Shown here: positions 13,901-29,400 of the stretch, one piece after another
How positions within the stretch are numbered: the stretch's first letter is position 1
How the letters are laid out: every line of letters starts with the position of its first letter
Made by a program: the position numbers and the translations under genes
Notes under the pieces: model-generated
The model's input: the letters and a program-made list of their open reading frames with translations, nothing else
Databases searched by the model: none
Told to the model about the DNA's origin: nothing
Source of the DNA: the human T2T-CHM13v2.0 reference genome, Homo sapiens
DNA: 64,000 nt
NCBI RefSeq assembly: GCF_009914755.1
Contig: NC_060933.1
Direction: 5' to 3' (one strand)

Positions 13901-16900
13901 TGCAGTGGAAAGAAGGGAATGGAATCAACCCGAGTGGAATGCAAGGCAATGGAAAGGAATGGAAAGGAATGGAATGGAATCAACTCGATTGCAATGGAAT
14001 GGAATGGAATGGAATGGAATGGAATGGAATGGAATTAACCGGAATAGAATGGAATGGAATGGAATGGAACGGAATGGAATGGAATGGAATGGAAGGGAAT
14101 GGAATCAACACGAGTGCAGGGGAATGGAATGGAATGGAATGCAATGGAATGGAATCATCCGGAATGGAATGGAATGGAATGGAGTCAACTCCATTGCAAT
14201 GGAATGGAATGGAATGGAATGGAATAGAATGGAATGGAATTAACCCGAATAGAATGGAATGCAATAGAATGGAATGCAATGGAACCGAATGGAGTGGAAT
14301 GGAATGGAATGGAATCAACCCGAGAACAGAGGAATGGAATGGAATGGAATGCAATGGAATGGAGTCATCCGTAATGGAATGGAAAGGAATGGAATGGAAT
14401 GGAATGGAATGGAATGGAATGGAATGGAATGGAATCAACTCGATGGCAATCGAATGGAATGGAATGGAATTAACCCGAATAGAATGGAATGGAATGGAAT
14501 GGAACGGAACGGAATGGAATGGAATGGAATGGAATGGAATGGAACGGAACGGAACGGAATGGAATGGAATGGAATGGAATGGAATGGAATGGAATCAACG
14601 CGAGTGCAGGGGAATGGAATGGAATGGAATGCAATGGAATGGAATCTTCCGGAATGGAATGGAATGGAATGGAATGGAATGGAATGAAAGGCAATGGATT
14701 CAACTCGATTGCAATGGAATGGAATAGAATGGAATGGAATGGAATGGAATGGAATTGAATGTAATGGAATGCCTTCAAACCGAATGGAATGGAAAGGAAT
14801 GGAATCAACACGAGTGGAAAGGAATGGAATGGAAAGGAATGGAAATGAATGGAATGGTACGGAATAGAACGGAATGGAACGAACTGGAATGGAATGGAAT
14901 GGAATGGAATGGAATGGAATGGAATGGAATGGAATCGTTCCGAGTGGAATAGGAGGGAATGTATTCTAGTGGAATGGAAAGGAATGGAATCAACCAGAGT
15001 GGAATGGAAGGGAATGGAATGGAATGGAAACTAATAGAATGGAATCAACCCGAGTGGAATGGAATGGAAAGGACTGGAATGGAATGGAATGGAATGGAAT
15101 GGAATGGAATCAACTCGATTGTAATGGAATGGAATGGAATGGGATGGAATGGAATGGAATTAACCCGAATACAATGGAATGGAATGGAATGGAACGGAAT
15201 GGAGTGGAATGGAATGGAATCAACCCGAGTGCAGGGGAATGGAATGGAATGGAATGCAATGGAATGGAATCATCCGGAATGGAATGGAATGGAATGGAAT
15301 GCAAAGCAATGGAATCAACTCGATTGCAACGGAATGGAATGGAATGGAAAGGAATACATTGGAATCAACCCGAGTGGAATGGAATGGAAAGGAATGGAAA
15401 GGAGTGGAATGGAATGGAATGGAATGGAATGGAATTAACCCGAATAGAATGGAAAGGAATGGAATGGAACGGAACGGAACGGAACGGAATGGAATGGAAT
15501 GGAATGGAATGGAATGGAATGGAATGGAATCAACCCGACTGCAGGGGAATGGAATGGAATGGAATGCAATGGAATGGATTCAACTTGAATGGAATGGAAA
15601 GAATGGAATCAACACGAGTGGAATGGCATGGATTGGAATGGAATGGAATGGAATCAACCCTAGTACAGGGGAATGGAATGGAATGTAATGCAATGGAATG
15701 GAATCATCCGTAATGGAATTTAAAGGAATGGAATGGAATGGAATGGAATGGAATGGAATGGAATGGAATCAACTCGATTGCAATCGAATGGAATGGAATG
15801 GAATTAACCCGAATGGAATGCAATGGAATGGAATGGAAGGGAACGGAACGGAACGGAATGGAATGGAATGGAATGGAATGGAATGGAATGGAACGGAAAG
15901 GAATGGAATGGAATGGAATGGAATGGAATGGAATGGAATGGAATGGAATCAACGCGAGTGCAGGGGAATGGAATGGAATGGAATGCAATGGAATGGGATC
16001 TTCCGGAATGGAATGGAATGGAATGGAATGGAATGGAATGAAATGGAATAAACCCGAGTGCAATGGAATGGAGTGGAATGGAATGGAATGGAATGGAACA
16101 ACCCGAATGGAATGGAATGTAATGGAGAGTAAGGGAGTTGAAAAGAATCAATCCGAATGTAATGGAATGGAATGGAACGGAATGGAATGGAATGGAATGG
16201 AATAGAATGGAATGCAATGGAATGGAATCAACCCGAGTGCAATCGAATGGAATCGAATGGAATGGAATGCAATGGAATGGATTCAACTTGAATGGAATGG
16301 AAAGAATGGAATCAACACGAGTGGAAGGGCATGGATTGGAATGCAATGGAATGGAATCAACCCGAGTACAGGGGAATGGAATGGAATGGAATGCAATGGA
16401 ATGGAATCATCCGTAATGGAATGGAAAGGAATGGAATGGAATGGAATGGAATGGAATGGAATGGAATTGAATCAACTCGATTGCAATCGAATGGAATGTA
16501 ATGGAATTAACCCGAATTGAATGGAATTGAATGGAATGGAACGGAATGGAATGGAATGGAATGGAACGGAATGGAATGGAACGGAATGGAATGGAATGGA
16601 ATGGAATGGAATGGAATCAACCCGAGTGCAGGGGAATGTAATGGAACGGAATGCAATGGAATGGAATCATCCGGAATGGAATGGAATGCAATGGAATGGA
16701 ATGGAATCAACCCGAGTGCAATGGAATGGAGTGGAATGGAATGGAATGGAATGGAACAACCCGAATGGAATGGAATGTAATGGAGAGTAAGGGAGTTGAA
16801 TAGAATCAATCCGAATGTAATGGAATGAAACGGAATGGAATGGAATGGAATCAACCCGACTGCAGGGGAATGGAATGGAATGGAATGCAATGGAATGGAT

Positions 16901-17609
16901 TCAACTTGAATGGAATGGAAAGAATGGAATCAACACGAGTGGAATGGCATGGATTGGAATGGAATGGAATGGAATCAACCCGAGTACAGGGGAATGGAAT
17001 GGAATGGAATGCAATGGAATGGAATCATCCGTAATGGAATGGAAAGGAATGGAATGGAATGGAATGAAATGGAATCAAATCGATTGCAATCGAATGGAAT
17101 GGAATGGAATTAACCCGAATAGAATGGAATGGAATGGAATGGAACGGAATGGAATGGAATGGAATGAACGCGAGTGCAGGGGAATGGAATGGAATGGAAT
17201 GCAATGGAATGGAATCTTCTGGAATGGAATGGAATGGAATGCAATGGAATGGAATGGAATAAACCCGAGTGCAATGGAATGGAGTGGAATGGAATGGAAT
17301 GGAATGGAACAACCCGAATGGAATGGAATGTAATGGAGAGTAAGGGAGTTGAAAAGAATCAATCCGAATGTAATGGAATGGAATGGAACGCAATGGAATG
17401 GAATGGAATGGAATGGAATGGAATGGAATGCAATGGAATGGAATCAACCCGAGTATAATGGAATGGAATGGAATGGAATGGAATGGAATGCAATGGAATG
17501 GAATCTTCCGGAATGGAATGGAATGGAATGCAATGGAATAAACCCGAGTGCAATGGAATGGAGTGGAATGGAATGGAATGGAATGGAACAACCCGAATGG
17601 AATGGAATG

Positions 17610-20600
17610 TAATGGAGAGTAAGGGAGTTGAATAGAATCAATCCGAATGTAATGGAATGGAATGGAACGGAATGGAATTGAATGGAATGGAATGGAATGC
17701 AATGGAATGGAATCAACCCGAGTGCAATGGAATGGAGAGGAATGGAATGGAATGGAATGGAAACTACCCGAATGGAATGGAATGTAATGGAGTGTAAGGG
17801 AATTGAATAGAATCAATCCGACTGTAATGGAATGGAATGGAACGGAATGGAATGGAATGGAATGCAGTGGAATGGAATGGAATTCAATGGAATGGAATCA
17901 ACCCGAGTGCAATCGAATGGAATCGAATGGAATGGAATGCAATGGAATGGATTCATCTTGAATGGAATGGAAAGAATGGAATCAACACGAGTGGAATGGC
18001 ATGGATTGGAATGGAATGGAATGGAATCAACTCGATGGCAATCGAATGGAATGGAATGGAATTAACCCGAATAGAATGGAATGGAATGGAATGGAACGGA
18101 ACGGAATGGAATGGAATGGAATGGAATGGAATGGAACGGAATGGAATGGAATGGAATGGAATGGAATGGAATGGAATGCCTTCAAAGCGAATGGAATGGA
18201 AAGGAATGGAATCAACACGAGTGGAAAGGAATGGAATGGAAAGGAATGGAATGGAATGGAATGGTACGGAATAGAACGGAATGGAACGAACTGGAATGGA
18301 ATGGAATGGAATGGAATCAACACGATTGCAATCGAATGGAATGGAATGGAATTAACCCGAACAGAATGGAATGGAATGGAATGGAACGGAACGGAATGGA
18401 ATGGAATGGAATGGAATGGAATGGAATGGAACGGAACGGAATGGAATGGAATGGAATGGAATGGATTGGAATGGAATCAACGCGAGTGCAGGGGATTGGA
18501 ATGTAATGGAAAGCAATGGAATGGAATCTTCCGGAATGGAATGGAATGGAATGAAATGCAATGGATTCAACTCGATTCCAATGGAATGGAATAGAATGGA
18601 ATGGAATGGGATTAACCCGTATAGAATGGAATGGAATGGAATGGAACGGAATGGAATGGAATGGAATGGAATGGAATGGAATGGAATGGTATGGAATGGA
18701 ATGGAATGGTACGGAATAGAATGGAATGGAACGAATTGTAATGGAATGGAATTGAATGGAATGGAATGGAATGGAATGGAATCAACGCGAGTGCAGGGGA
18801 ATGTAATGGAACGGAATGCAATGGAATGGAATCATCCGGAATGGAATGGAATGGAATGCAATGGAATGGAATCAACCCGAGTGCAATGGAATGGAATGGA
18901 ATGGAATGGAATGGAACAACCCGAATGGAATGGAATGTAATGGAGAGTAAGGGAGTTGAATAGAATCAATCCGAATGTAATGGAATGGAATGCAACGGAA
19001 TGGAATGGAATGGAATGGAATGGAATGGAATGGAATGCAAAGGAATGGAATCAACCCGAGTGGAATGGCATGGAATGGAATGCAATGGATTGGAATGGAA
19101 TGGAATCAACTCGAGTGGAAAGGAATGGAATGGAATGGAAAGGAATGGAATGAAGTCAACTCGAGTGGAATGGAATGGAATGGAATGGATTGGAATGGAT
19201 TGCAATGGAATGAAATGGAATGGAATGGAATGGAATCAATCATGGAAGGGAATGTAATGGAGTGGAAAGAAGGGAATGGAATCAACCCGAGTGGAATGCA
19301 AGGCAATGGAATGGAATGGAAAGGAATGGAATGGAATCAACTCGATTGCAATGGAATGGAATGGAATGGAATGGAATGGAATTAACCGGAATAGAATGGA
19401 ATGGAATGGAATGGAACGGAATGGAATGGAATGGAAGGGAATGGAATCAACACGAGTGCAGGGGAATGGAATGGAATGGAATGCAATGGAATGGAATCAT
19501 CCGGAATGGAATGGAATGGAATGGAATCAACTCCATTGCAATGGAATGGAATGGAATGGAATGGAATAGAATGGAATGGAATTAACACGAATAGATGGAA
19601 TGCAATAGAATGGAATGCAACGGAACCGAATGGAGTGGAATGGAATGGAATGGAATCAACCCGAGTACAGGGGAATGGAATGGAATGGAATGCAATGGAA
19701 TGGAGTCATACGTAATGGAATGGAAAGGAATGGAATGGAATGGAATGGAATGGAATGGAATGGAATGGAATCAACTCGATGGCAATCGAATGGAATGGAA
19801 TGGAATTAACCCGAATAGAATGGAATGGAATGGAATGGAACTGAACGGAATGGAATGGAATGGAATGGAATGGAATGGAATGGAACGGAACAGAATGGAA
19901 TGGAATGGAATGGAATGGAATGGAATCAACGCGAGTGCAGGGGAATGGAATGGAATGGAATGCAATGGAATGGAATCTTCCGGAATGGAATGGAATGGAA
20001 TGAAAGGCAATGGATTCAACTCGATTGCAATGCAATGGAATAGAATGGAAGGGAATGGAATGGAATGGAATGGAATGGAATGGAATGGAATGGAATGCCT
20101 TCAAACCGAATGGAATGGAAAGGAATGGAATCAACACGAGTGGAAAGGAATGGAATGGAAAGGAATGGAATGGAATGGAATGGTATGGAATAGAACGGAA
20201 TGGAACGAACTGGAATGGAATGGAATGGAATGGAATGGAATGGAATCAACTCGATTGGAATGGAATGGAATGGAATGGAATGGAATTAACCCGAATAGAA
20301 TGGAATGGAATGGAATGGAACGGAACGGAACGGAACGGAATGGAATGGAATGGAATGGAATGGAATGGAATGGAATGGAATCAACCCGACTGCAGGGGAA
20401 TGGAATGGAATGGAATGCAATGGAATGGATTCAACTTGAATGGAATGGAAAGAATGGAATCAACACGAGTGGAATGGCATGGATTGGAATGGAATGGAAT
20501 GGAATCAACCCGAGTACAGGGGAATGGAATGGAATGGAATGCAATGGAATGGAATCATCCGTAATGGAATGGAAAGGAATGGAATGGAATGGAATGAAAT

Positions 20601-23600
20601 GGAACCAAATCGATTGCAATCGAATGGAATGGAATGGAATTAACCCGAATAGAATGGAATGGAATGGAATGGAACGGAGCGGAACGGAACGGAATGGCAT
20701 GGAATGGAATGGAAAGGAATTGAATGGAATGGAATGAACGCGAGTGCAGGGGAATGGAATGGAATGGAATGCAATGGAATGGAATCTTCTGGAATGGAAT
20801 GGAATGGAATGCAATGGAATGGAATGGAATAAACCCGAGTGCAATGGAATGGAGTGGAATGGAATGGAATGGAATGGAACAACCCGAATGGAATGGAATG
20901 TAATGGAGAGTAAGGGAGTTGAAAAGAATCAATCCGAATGTAATGGAATGGAATGGAACGGAATGGAATGGAATGGAATGGAATGGAATGGAATGGAATG
21001 GAATGCAATGGAATGGAATCAACCCGAGTACAACGGAATGGAATGGAATGGAATGGAATGGAATGGAATGGAATGGAATGGAATGCAATGGAATGGAATC
21101 TTCCGGAATGGAATGGAATGGAATGGAATGGAATGGAATGGAATGGAATAAACCCGAGTGCAATGGAATGGAGTGGAATGGAATGGAATGGAATGGAACA
21201 ACCCGAATGGAATGGAATGTAATGGAGAGTAGGGGAGTTGAATAGAATCAATCCGAATGTAATGGAATGGAATGGAACGGAATGGAATTGAATGGAATGG
21301 AATGGAATGCAATGGAATGGAATCAACCCGAGTGCAATGGAATGGAGAGGAATGGAATGGAATGGAATGGAAACTACCCGAATGGAATGGAATGTAATGG
21401 AGTGTAAGGGAATTGAATAGAATCAATCCGACTGTAATGGAATGGAATGGAACGGAATGGAATGGAATGGAATGCAGTGGAATGGAATGGAATGCAATGG
21501 AATGGAATCAACCCGAGTGCAATCGAATGGAATCGAATGGAATGGAATGCAATGGAATGGATTCATCTTGAATGGAATGGAAAGAATGGAATCAACACGA
21601 GTGGAATGGCATGGATTGGAATGCAATGGAGTGGAATCAACCCGAGTACAGGGGAATCGAATGGAATGGAATGCAATGGAATGGAACCATCCGTAGTGGA
21701 ATGGAAAGGAATGGAATGGAATGGAATGGAATGGAATGGAATGGAATCAACACGATTGCAATAGAATGGAATGGAATGGAATTAACCCGAAAAGAATGGA
21801 ATGGAATGGAATGGAACGGAACGGAATGGAATGGAATGGAACGGAATGGAATGGAATTGAATGGAATGGAATGGAATGGAATCAACGCGAGTGCAGGGGA
21901 ATGGAATGTAGTGGAATGCAATGGAATGGAATCTTCCGGAATGGAATGGAGTGGAATGGAATGGAATCAACCCGAGTGCAATGGAATGGAGTGGAATGGA
22001 ATGGAATGGAATGGAACAACCAGAATGGAATCGAATGTAATGGAGAGTAAGGGAGTTGAATAGAATCAATCCGAATGTAATGGAATGGAATGGAACGGAA
22101 TGGAATTGAATGGAATGGAATGGAATGCAATGGAATGGAATCAACCCGAGTGCAATGGAATGGAGAGGAATGGAATGGAATGGAATGGAAACTACCCGAA
22201 TGGAATGGAATGTAATGGAGTGTAAGGGAATTGAATAGAATCAATCCGACTGTAATGGAATGGAATGGAACGGAATGGAATGGAATGGAATGCAGTGGAA
22301 TGGAATGGAATTCAATGGAATGGAATCAACCCGAGTGCAATCGAATGGAATCGAATGGAATGGAATGCAATGGAATGGATTCATCTTGAATGGAATGGAA
22401 AGAATGGAATCAACACGAGTGGAATGGCATGGATTGGAATGGAATGGAATGGAATCAACTCGATGGCAATCGAATGGAATGGAATGGAATTAACCCGAAT
22501 AGAATGGAATGGAATGGAATGGAACGGAACGGAATGGAATGGAATGGAATGGAATGGAATGGAACGGAATGGAATGGAATGGAATGGAATGGAATGGAAT
22601 GGAATGCCTTCAAAGCGAATGGAATGGAAAGGAATGGAATCAACACGAGTGGAAAGGAATGGAATGGAAAGGAATGGAATGGAATGGAATGGTACGGAAT
22701 AGAACGGAATGGAACGAACTGGAATGGAATGGAATGGAATGGAATCAACACGATTGCAATCGAATGGAATGGAATGGAATTAACCCGAACAGAATGGAAT
22801 GGAATGGAATGGAACGGAACGGAATGGAATGGAATGGAATGGAATGGAATGGAATGGAACGGAACGGAATGGAATGGAATGGAATGGAATGGATTGGAAT
22901 GGAATCAACGCGAGTGCAGGGGATTGGAATGTAATGGAAAGCAATGGAATGGAATCTTCCGGAATGGAATGGAATGGAATGAAATGCAATGGATTCAACT
23001 CGATTCCAATGGAATGGAATAGAATGGAATGGAATGGGATTAACCCGTATAGAATGGAATGGAATGGAATGGAACGGAATGGAATGGAATGGAATGGAAT
23101 GGAATGGAATGGAATGGTATGGAATGGAATGGAATGGTACGGAATAGAATGGAATGGAACGAATTGTAATGGAATGGAATTGAATGGAATGGAATGGAAT
23201 GGAATGGAATCAACGCGAGTGCAGGGGAATGTAATGGAACGGAATGCAATGGAATGGAATCATCCGGAATGGAATGGAATGGAATGGAATGGAATGGAAT
23301 CAACCCGAGTGCAATGGAATGGAATGGAATGGAATGGAATGGAACAACCCGAATGGAATGGAATGTAATGGAGAGTAAGGGAGTTGAATAGAATCAATCC
23401 GAATGTAATGGAATGGAATGCAACGGAATGGAATGGAATGGAATGGAATGGAATGGAATGGAATGCAAAGGAATGGAATCAACCCGAGTGGAATGGCATG
23501 GAATGGAATGCAATGGATTGGAATGGAATGGAATCAACTCGAGTGGAAAGGAATGGAATGGAATGGAAAGGAATGGAATGAAGTCAACTCGAGTGGAATG

Positions 23601-26480
23601 GAATGGAATGGAATGGATTGGAATGGATTGCAATGGAATGAAATGGAATGGAATGGAATGGAATCAATCATGGAAGGGAATGTAATGGAGTGGAAAGAAG
23701 GGAATGGAATCAACCCGAGTGGAATGCAAGGCAATGGAATGGAATGGAAAGGAATGGAATGGAATCAACTCGATTGCAATGGAATGGAATGGAATGGAAT
23801 GGAATGGAATTAACCGGAATAGAATGGAATGGAATGGAATGGAACGGAATGGAATGGAATGGAAGGGAATGGAATCAACACGAGTGCAGGGGAATGGAAT
23901 GGAATGGAATGCAATGGAATGGAATCATCCGGAATGGAATGGAATGGAATGGAATCAACTCCATTGCAATGGAATGGAATGGAATGGAATGGAATAGAAT
24001 GGAATGGAATTAACACGAATAGATGGAATGCAATAGAATGGAATGCAACGGAACCGAATGGAGTGGAATGGAATGGAATGGAATCAACCCGAGTACAGGG
24101 GAATGGAATGGAATGGAATGCAATGGAATGGAGTCATACGTAATGGAATGGAAAGGAATGGAATGGAATGGAATGGAATGGAATGGAATGGAATGGAATC
24201 AACTCGATGGCAATCGAATGGAATGGAATGGAATTAACCCGAATAGAATGGAATGGAATGGAATGGAACTGAACGGAATGGAATGGAATGGAATGGAATG
24301 GAATGGAATGGAACGGAACAGAATGGAATGGAATGGAATGGAATGGAATGGAATCAACGCGAGTGCAGGGGAATGGAATGGAATGGAATGCAATGGAATG
24401 GAATCTTCCGGAATGGAATGGAATGGAATGAAAGGCAATGGATTCAACTCGATTGCAATGCAATGGAATAGAATGGAAGGGAATGGAATGGAATGGAATG
24501 GAATGGAATGGAATGGAATGGAATGCCTTCAAACCGAATGGAATGGAAAGGAATGGAATCAACACGAGTGGAAAGGAATGGAATGGAAAGGAATGGAATG
24601 GAATGGAATGGTATGGAATAGAACGGAATGGAACGAACTGGAATGGAATGGAATGGAATGGAATGGAATGGAATCAACTCGATTGGAATGGAATGGAATG
24701 GAATGGAATGGAATTAACCCGAATAGAATGGAATGGAATGGAATGGAACGGAACGGAACGGAACGGAATGGAATGGAATGGAATGGAATGGAATGGAATG
24801 GAATGGAATCAACTCGACTGCAGGGGAATGGAATGGAATGGAATGCAATGGAATGGATTCAACTTGAATGGAATGGAAAGAATGGAATCAACACGAGTGG
24901 AATGGCATGGATTGGAATGGAATGGAATGGAATCAACCCGAGTACAGGGGAATGGAATGGAATGGAATGCAATGGAATGGAATCATCCGTAATGGAATGG
25001 AAAGGAATGGAATGGAATGGAATGAAATGGAACCAAATCGATTGCAATCGAATGGAATGGAATGGAATTAACCCGAATAGAATGGAATGGAATGGAATGG
25101 AACGGAGCGGAACGGAACGGAATGGCATGGAATGGAATGGAAAGGAATTGAATGGAATGGAATGAACGCGAGTGCAGGGGAATGGAATGGAATGGAATGC
25201 AATGGAATGGAATCTTCTGGAATGGAATGGAATGGAATGCAATGGAATGGAATGGAATAAACCCGAGTGCAATGGAATGGAGTGGAATGGAATGGAATGG
25301 AATGGAACAACCCGAATGGAATGGAATGTAATGGAGAGTAAGGGAGTTGAAAAGAATCAATCCGAATGTAATGGAATGGAATGGAACGGAATGGAATGGA
25401 ATGGAATGGAATGGAATGGAATGGAATGGAATGCAATGGAATGGAATCAACCCGAGTACAACGGAATGGAATGGAATGGAATGGAATGGAATGGAATGGA
25501 ATGGAATGGAATGCAATGGAATGGAATCTTCCGGAATGGAATGGAATGGAATGGAATGGAATGGAATGGAATGGAATAAACCCGAGTGCAATGGAATGGA
25601 GTGGAATGGAATGGAATGGAATGGAACAACCCGAATGGAATGGAATGTAATGGAGAGTAGGGGAGTTGAATAGAATCAATCCGAATGTAATGGAATGGAA
25701 TGGAACGGAATGGAATTGAATGGAATGGAATGGAATGCAATGGAATGGAATCAACCCGAGTGCAATGGAATGGAGAGGAATGGAATGGAATGGAATGGAA
25801 ACTACCCGAATGGAATGGAATGTAATGGAGTGTAAGGGAATTGAATAGAATCAATCCGACTGTAATGGAATGGAATGGAACGGAATGGAATGGAATGGAA
25901 TGCAGTGGAATGGAATGGAATGCAATGGAATGGAATCAACCCGAGTGCAATCGAATGGAATCGAATGGAATGGAATGCAATGGAATGGATTCATCTTGAA
26001 TGGAATGGAAAGAATGGAATCAACACGAGTGGAATGGCATGGATTGGAATGCAATGGAGTGGAATCAACCCGAGTACAGGGGAATCGAATGGAATGGAAT
26101 GCAATGGAATGGAACCATCCGTAGTGGAATGGAAAGGAATGGAATGGAATGGAATGGAATGGAATGGAATGGAATCAACACGATTGCAATAGAATGGAAT
26201 GGAATGGAATTAACCCGAAAAGAATGGAATGGAATGGAATGGAACGGAACGGAATGGAATGGAATGGAACGGAATGGAATGGAATTGAATGGAATGGAAT
26301 GGAATGGAATCAACGCGAGTGCAGGGGAATGGAATGTAGTGGAATGCAATGGAATGGAATCTTCCGGAATGGAATGGAGTGGAATGGAATGGAATCAACC
26401 CGAGTGCAATGGAATGGAGTGGAATGGAATGGAATGGAATGGAACAACCAGAATGGAATCGAATGTAATGGAGAGTAAGG
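17610..26480. repeat. Two near-identical tandem copies of a 4428-bp unit
   Basis: Dozens of ORF pairs sit at exactly +4428 (17832/22260, 19595/24023, 21572/26000). Only about two substitutions were spotted by eye. Confidence 0.93.
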
Positions 26481-29400
26481 GAGTTGAATAGAATCAATCC
26501 GAATGTAATGGAATGGAATGGAAAGGAATGGAATTGAATGGAATGGAATGGAATGCAATGGAATGGAATCAACCCGAGTGCAATGGAATGGAGAGGAATG
26601 GAATGGAATGGAGTGGAAACTACCCGAATGGAATGGAATGTAATGGAGTGTAAGGGAATTGAATAGAATCAATCCGAATATAATGGAAAGGAATGGAACG
26701 GAATGGAATGGAATGGAATGGAATGGAATGGAATGGAATGCAATGGAAAGAAATCAACCCGAGTGCAATCGAATGGAATCGAATGGAATGGAATGCAATG
26801 GAATGAAATCAACTCGATTGCAATCGAATGGAATGGAATGGAATTAACCCGAATAGAATGGAATGGAATGGAATGGAAAGGAACGGAACAGAACGGAATG
26901 GAATGGAATGTAATGGAATGGAATGGAATGGAATGGAATCAACCCGACTGAAGGGGAATGGAATGGAATGGAATGCAATGGAATGAATTCAACTTGAATG
27001 GAATGGAAAGAATGGAATCAACACGAGTGGAATGGCATGGATTGCAATGGAATGGAATGGAATCAACCCGAGTACAGGGGAATGGAATGGAATGGAATGC
27101 AATGGAATGGAATCATCCGTAATGGAATGGAAAGGAATGGAATGGAATGGAATGGAATGGAATGGAATGGAATGGAATGGAATCAACTCGATTTCAATGG
27201 AATGGAATGGAATGGAATTAACCCGAATAGAATGGAATGGAACGGAATGGAACGCAATGGAATGGAATCATCCGGAACGGAACGGAATGGAATGGAATGG
27301 AATCAACTCGATTGCAATGGAATGGAATGGAATGGAATGGAATGGAATGGAGTGGATTCAACCCGAGTGAAGGGGAATGGAATGGAATTGAATGCAATGG
27401 AATGGAATCATCCGGAATGGAATGGAATGGAATGGAATGGAATGAACCCGATGCAATGGAATGGAATGGAATGGAATGGAATGGAATGGAATGGAATGGA
27501 ATGGAAAAATCCCGAATGGAATGGAATGTAATGGAGTGTAAGGGAATTGAATAGAATCAGTCCGAATGTAATGGAATGGAATGGAATGAAATGGAATGGA
27601 ATGGAATAGAATGGAATCAACCCGAGTGGAATGGAATGCAAAGGACTGGAATGCACTGGAATGGAATGGAATGGAATGGAATCAAATCGATTGCAATGGA
27701 ATGGAATGGAATGGAATCAACTCGATTACAATGGAATGGAATGGAATGGAATGGAATGGAATTAACCCGAATAGAATGGAATGGAATGGAATGGAACGGA
27801 ATGTAATGGAATGAAATGGAATGGAATCAACCCGAGTGCAGGGGAATGGAATGGAATGGAATGCAATGGAATGGAATCATCCGGAATGGAATTGAATGGA
27901 ATGGAATGGAATGGAATGGAATGGAATGGAATGGAATGGAATCAACTCGATTGCAATGGAATGGAATGGAATGGAAGGGAATGGAAGGGAATGGAGTGGA
28001 ATGTAATCAACCCGAGTGCAGGGGAATGGAATGGAATGGAATGCAATGGAATGGAATCATCCGGAATGGAATGGAATGGAATGGAATGCAATCAACCCAA
28101 TGCAATGGAATGGAGTGGAATGGAATGGAAAGGAATGGAAACATCCCGAATGGAACGGAATGGAATGGAGTGTAAGGGAATTGAATAGAATCAATCCGAA
28201 TTTAATGGAATGCAATGGAATGAAATGGAATGGAATGGAATGGAATGGAATCAACCCGAGTGCAATGGAATGGATACGAATGGAATGGAATGGAATGGAT
28301 TCAACAAGAATGGAAGGGAAAGGAATGGAATCAACCCGAGTGTAATGGCATGGAATGGAATGGAATGGAATGGAATGGGATGGAATGGAATGGTACGGAA
28401 TAGAATGGAATGGAATGAAATGGAATGGAATGGAATGGAATGGAATGGAATGGAATGGAATGAACCCGTGTGCAATGTAATGGAATGGAATGGAATGGAA
28501 TGGATTCAACTCGAATGGAATCAACTCGATTGCAATGGAATGGAATGGAATGGAAAGGAATAGAATGGAATCAACCCGAGTGGAATGGAATGGAAAGGAC
28601 TGGAATGGAGTGGAATGGAATGGAATGGAATTAACCCGAATAGAATGGAATGGAATGGAATGGAACGGAACGGAACGGAACGGAACGGAACGGAACGGAA
28701 CGGAACGGAATGGAATGGAATGGAATGGAATGGAATGGAATGGAATGGAATTAACACGAATAGAATGGAATGGAATTGAATTGAATGGAATGGAATGGAA
28801 CAGAAAGGAATGGAATGGAATGGAATGGAATCAACCCAAGTGCAGGGGAATGGAATGGAATCATCCGGAATGGAATGGAATGGAATGGAATGGAATGGAA
28901 TGGAATGGAATGGAATCAACCCGAGTGCAATGGAATGGAGAGGAATGGAATGGAATGGAATGGAAACTACCCGAATGCAATGTAATGTAATGGAGTGTAA
29001 GGGAATTGAATAGAATGCATCCGAATGGAATGGAATGGAATGGAAAGGAATGGAATGGAATGGAATGGAATGGAATGGAATGCAATGCCATGGAATCAAC
29101 ACGAGTGCAATCGAATGGAATCGAATGGAATGGAATGCAATGGAATAGATTCATCTTGAATGGAATGGAAATAATGGAATCAACACGAGTGGAATGGCAT
29201 GGATTGGAATGGAATGGAATGGAATCAACCCGAGTACAGGGGAATGGAATGGAATGGAATGAAACGGAATGGAATCATCCGTAATGTAATGGAAAGGAAT
29301 GGAATGGAATGGAATGGAATGGAATGGAATCAACTCGATTGCAATCGAATGGAGTGGAATGGAATAAACACGAATAGAATGGAATGGAATGGAATGGAAT

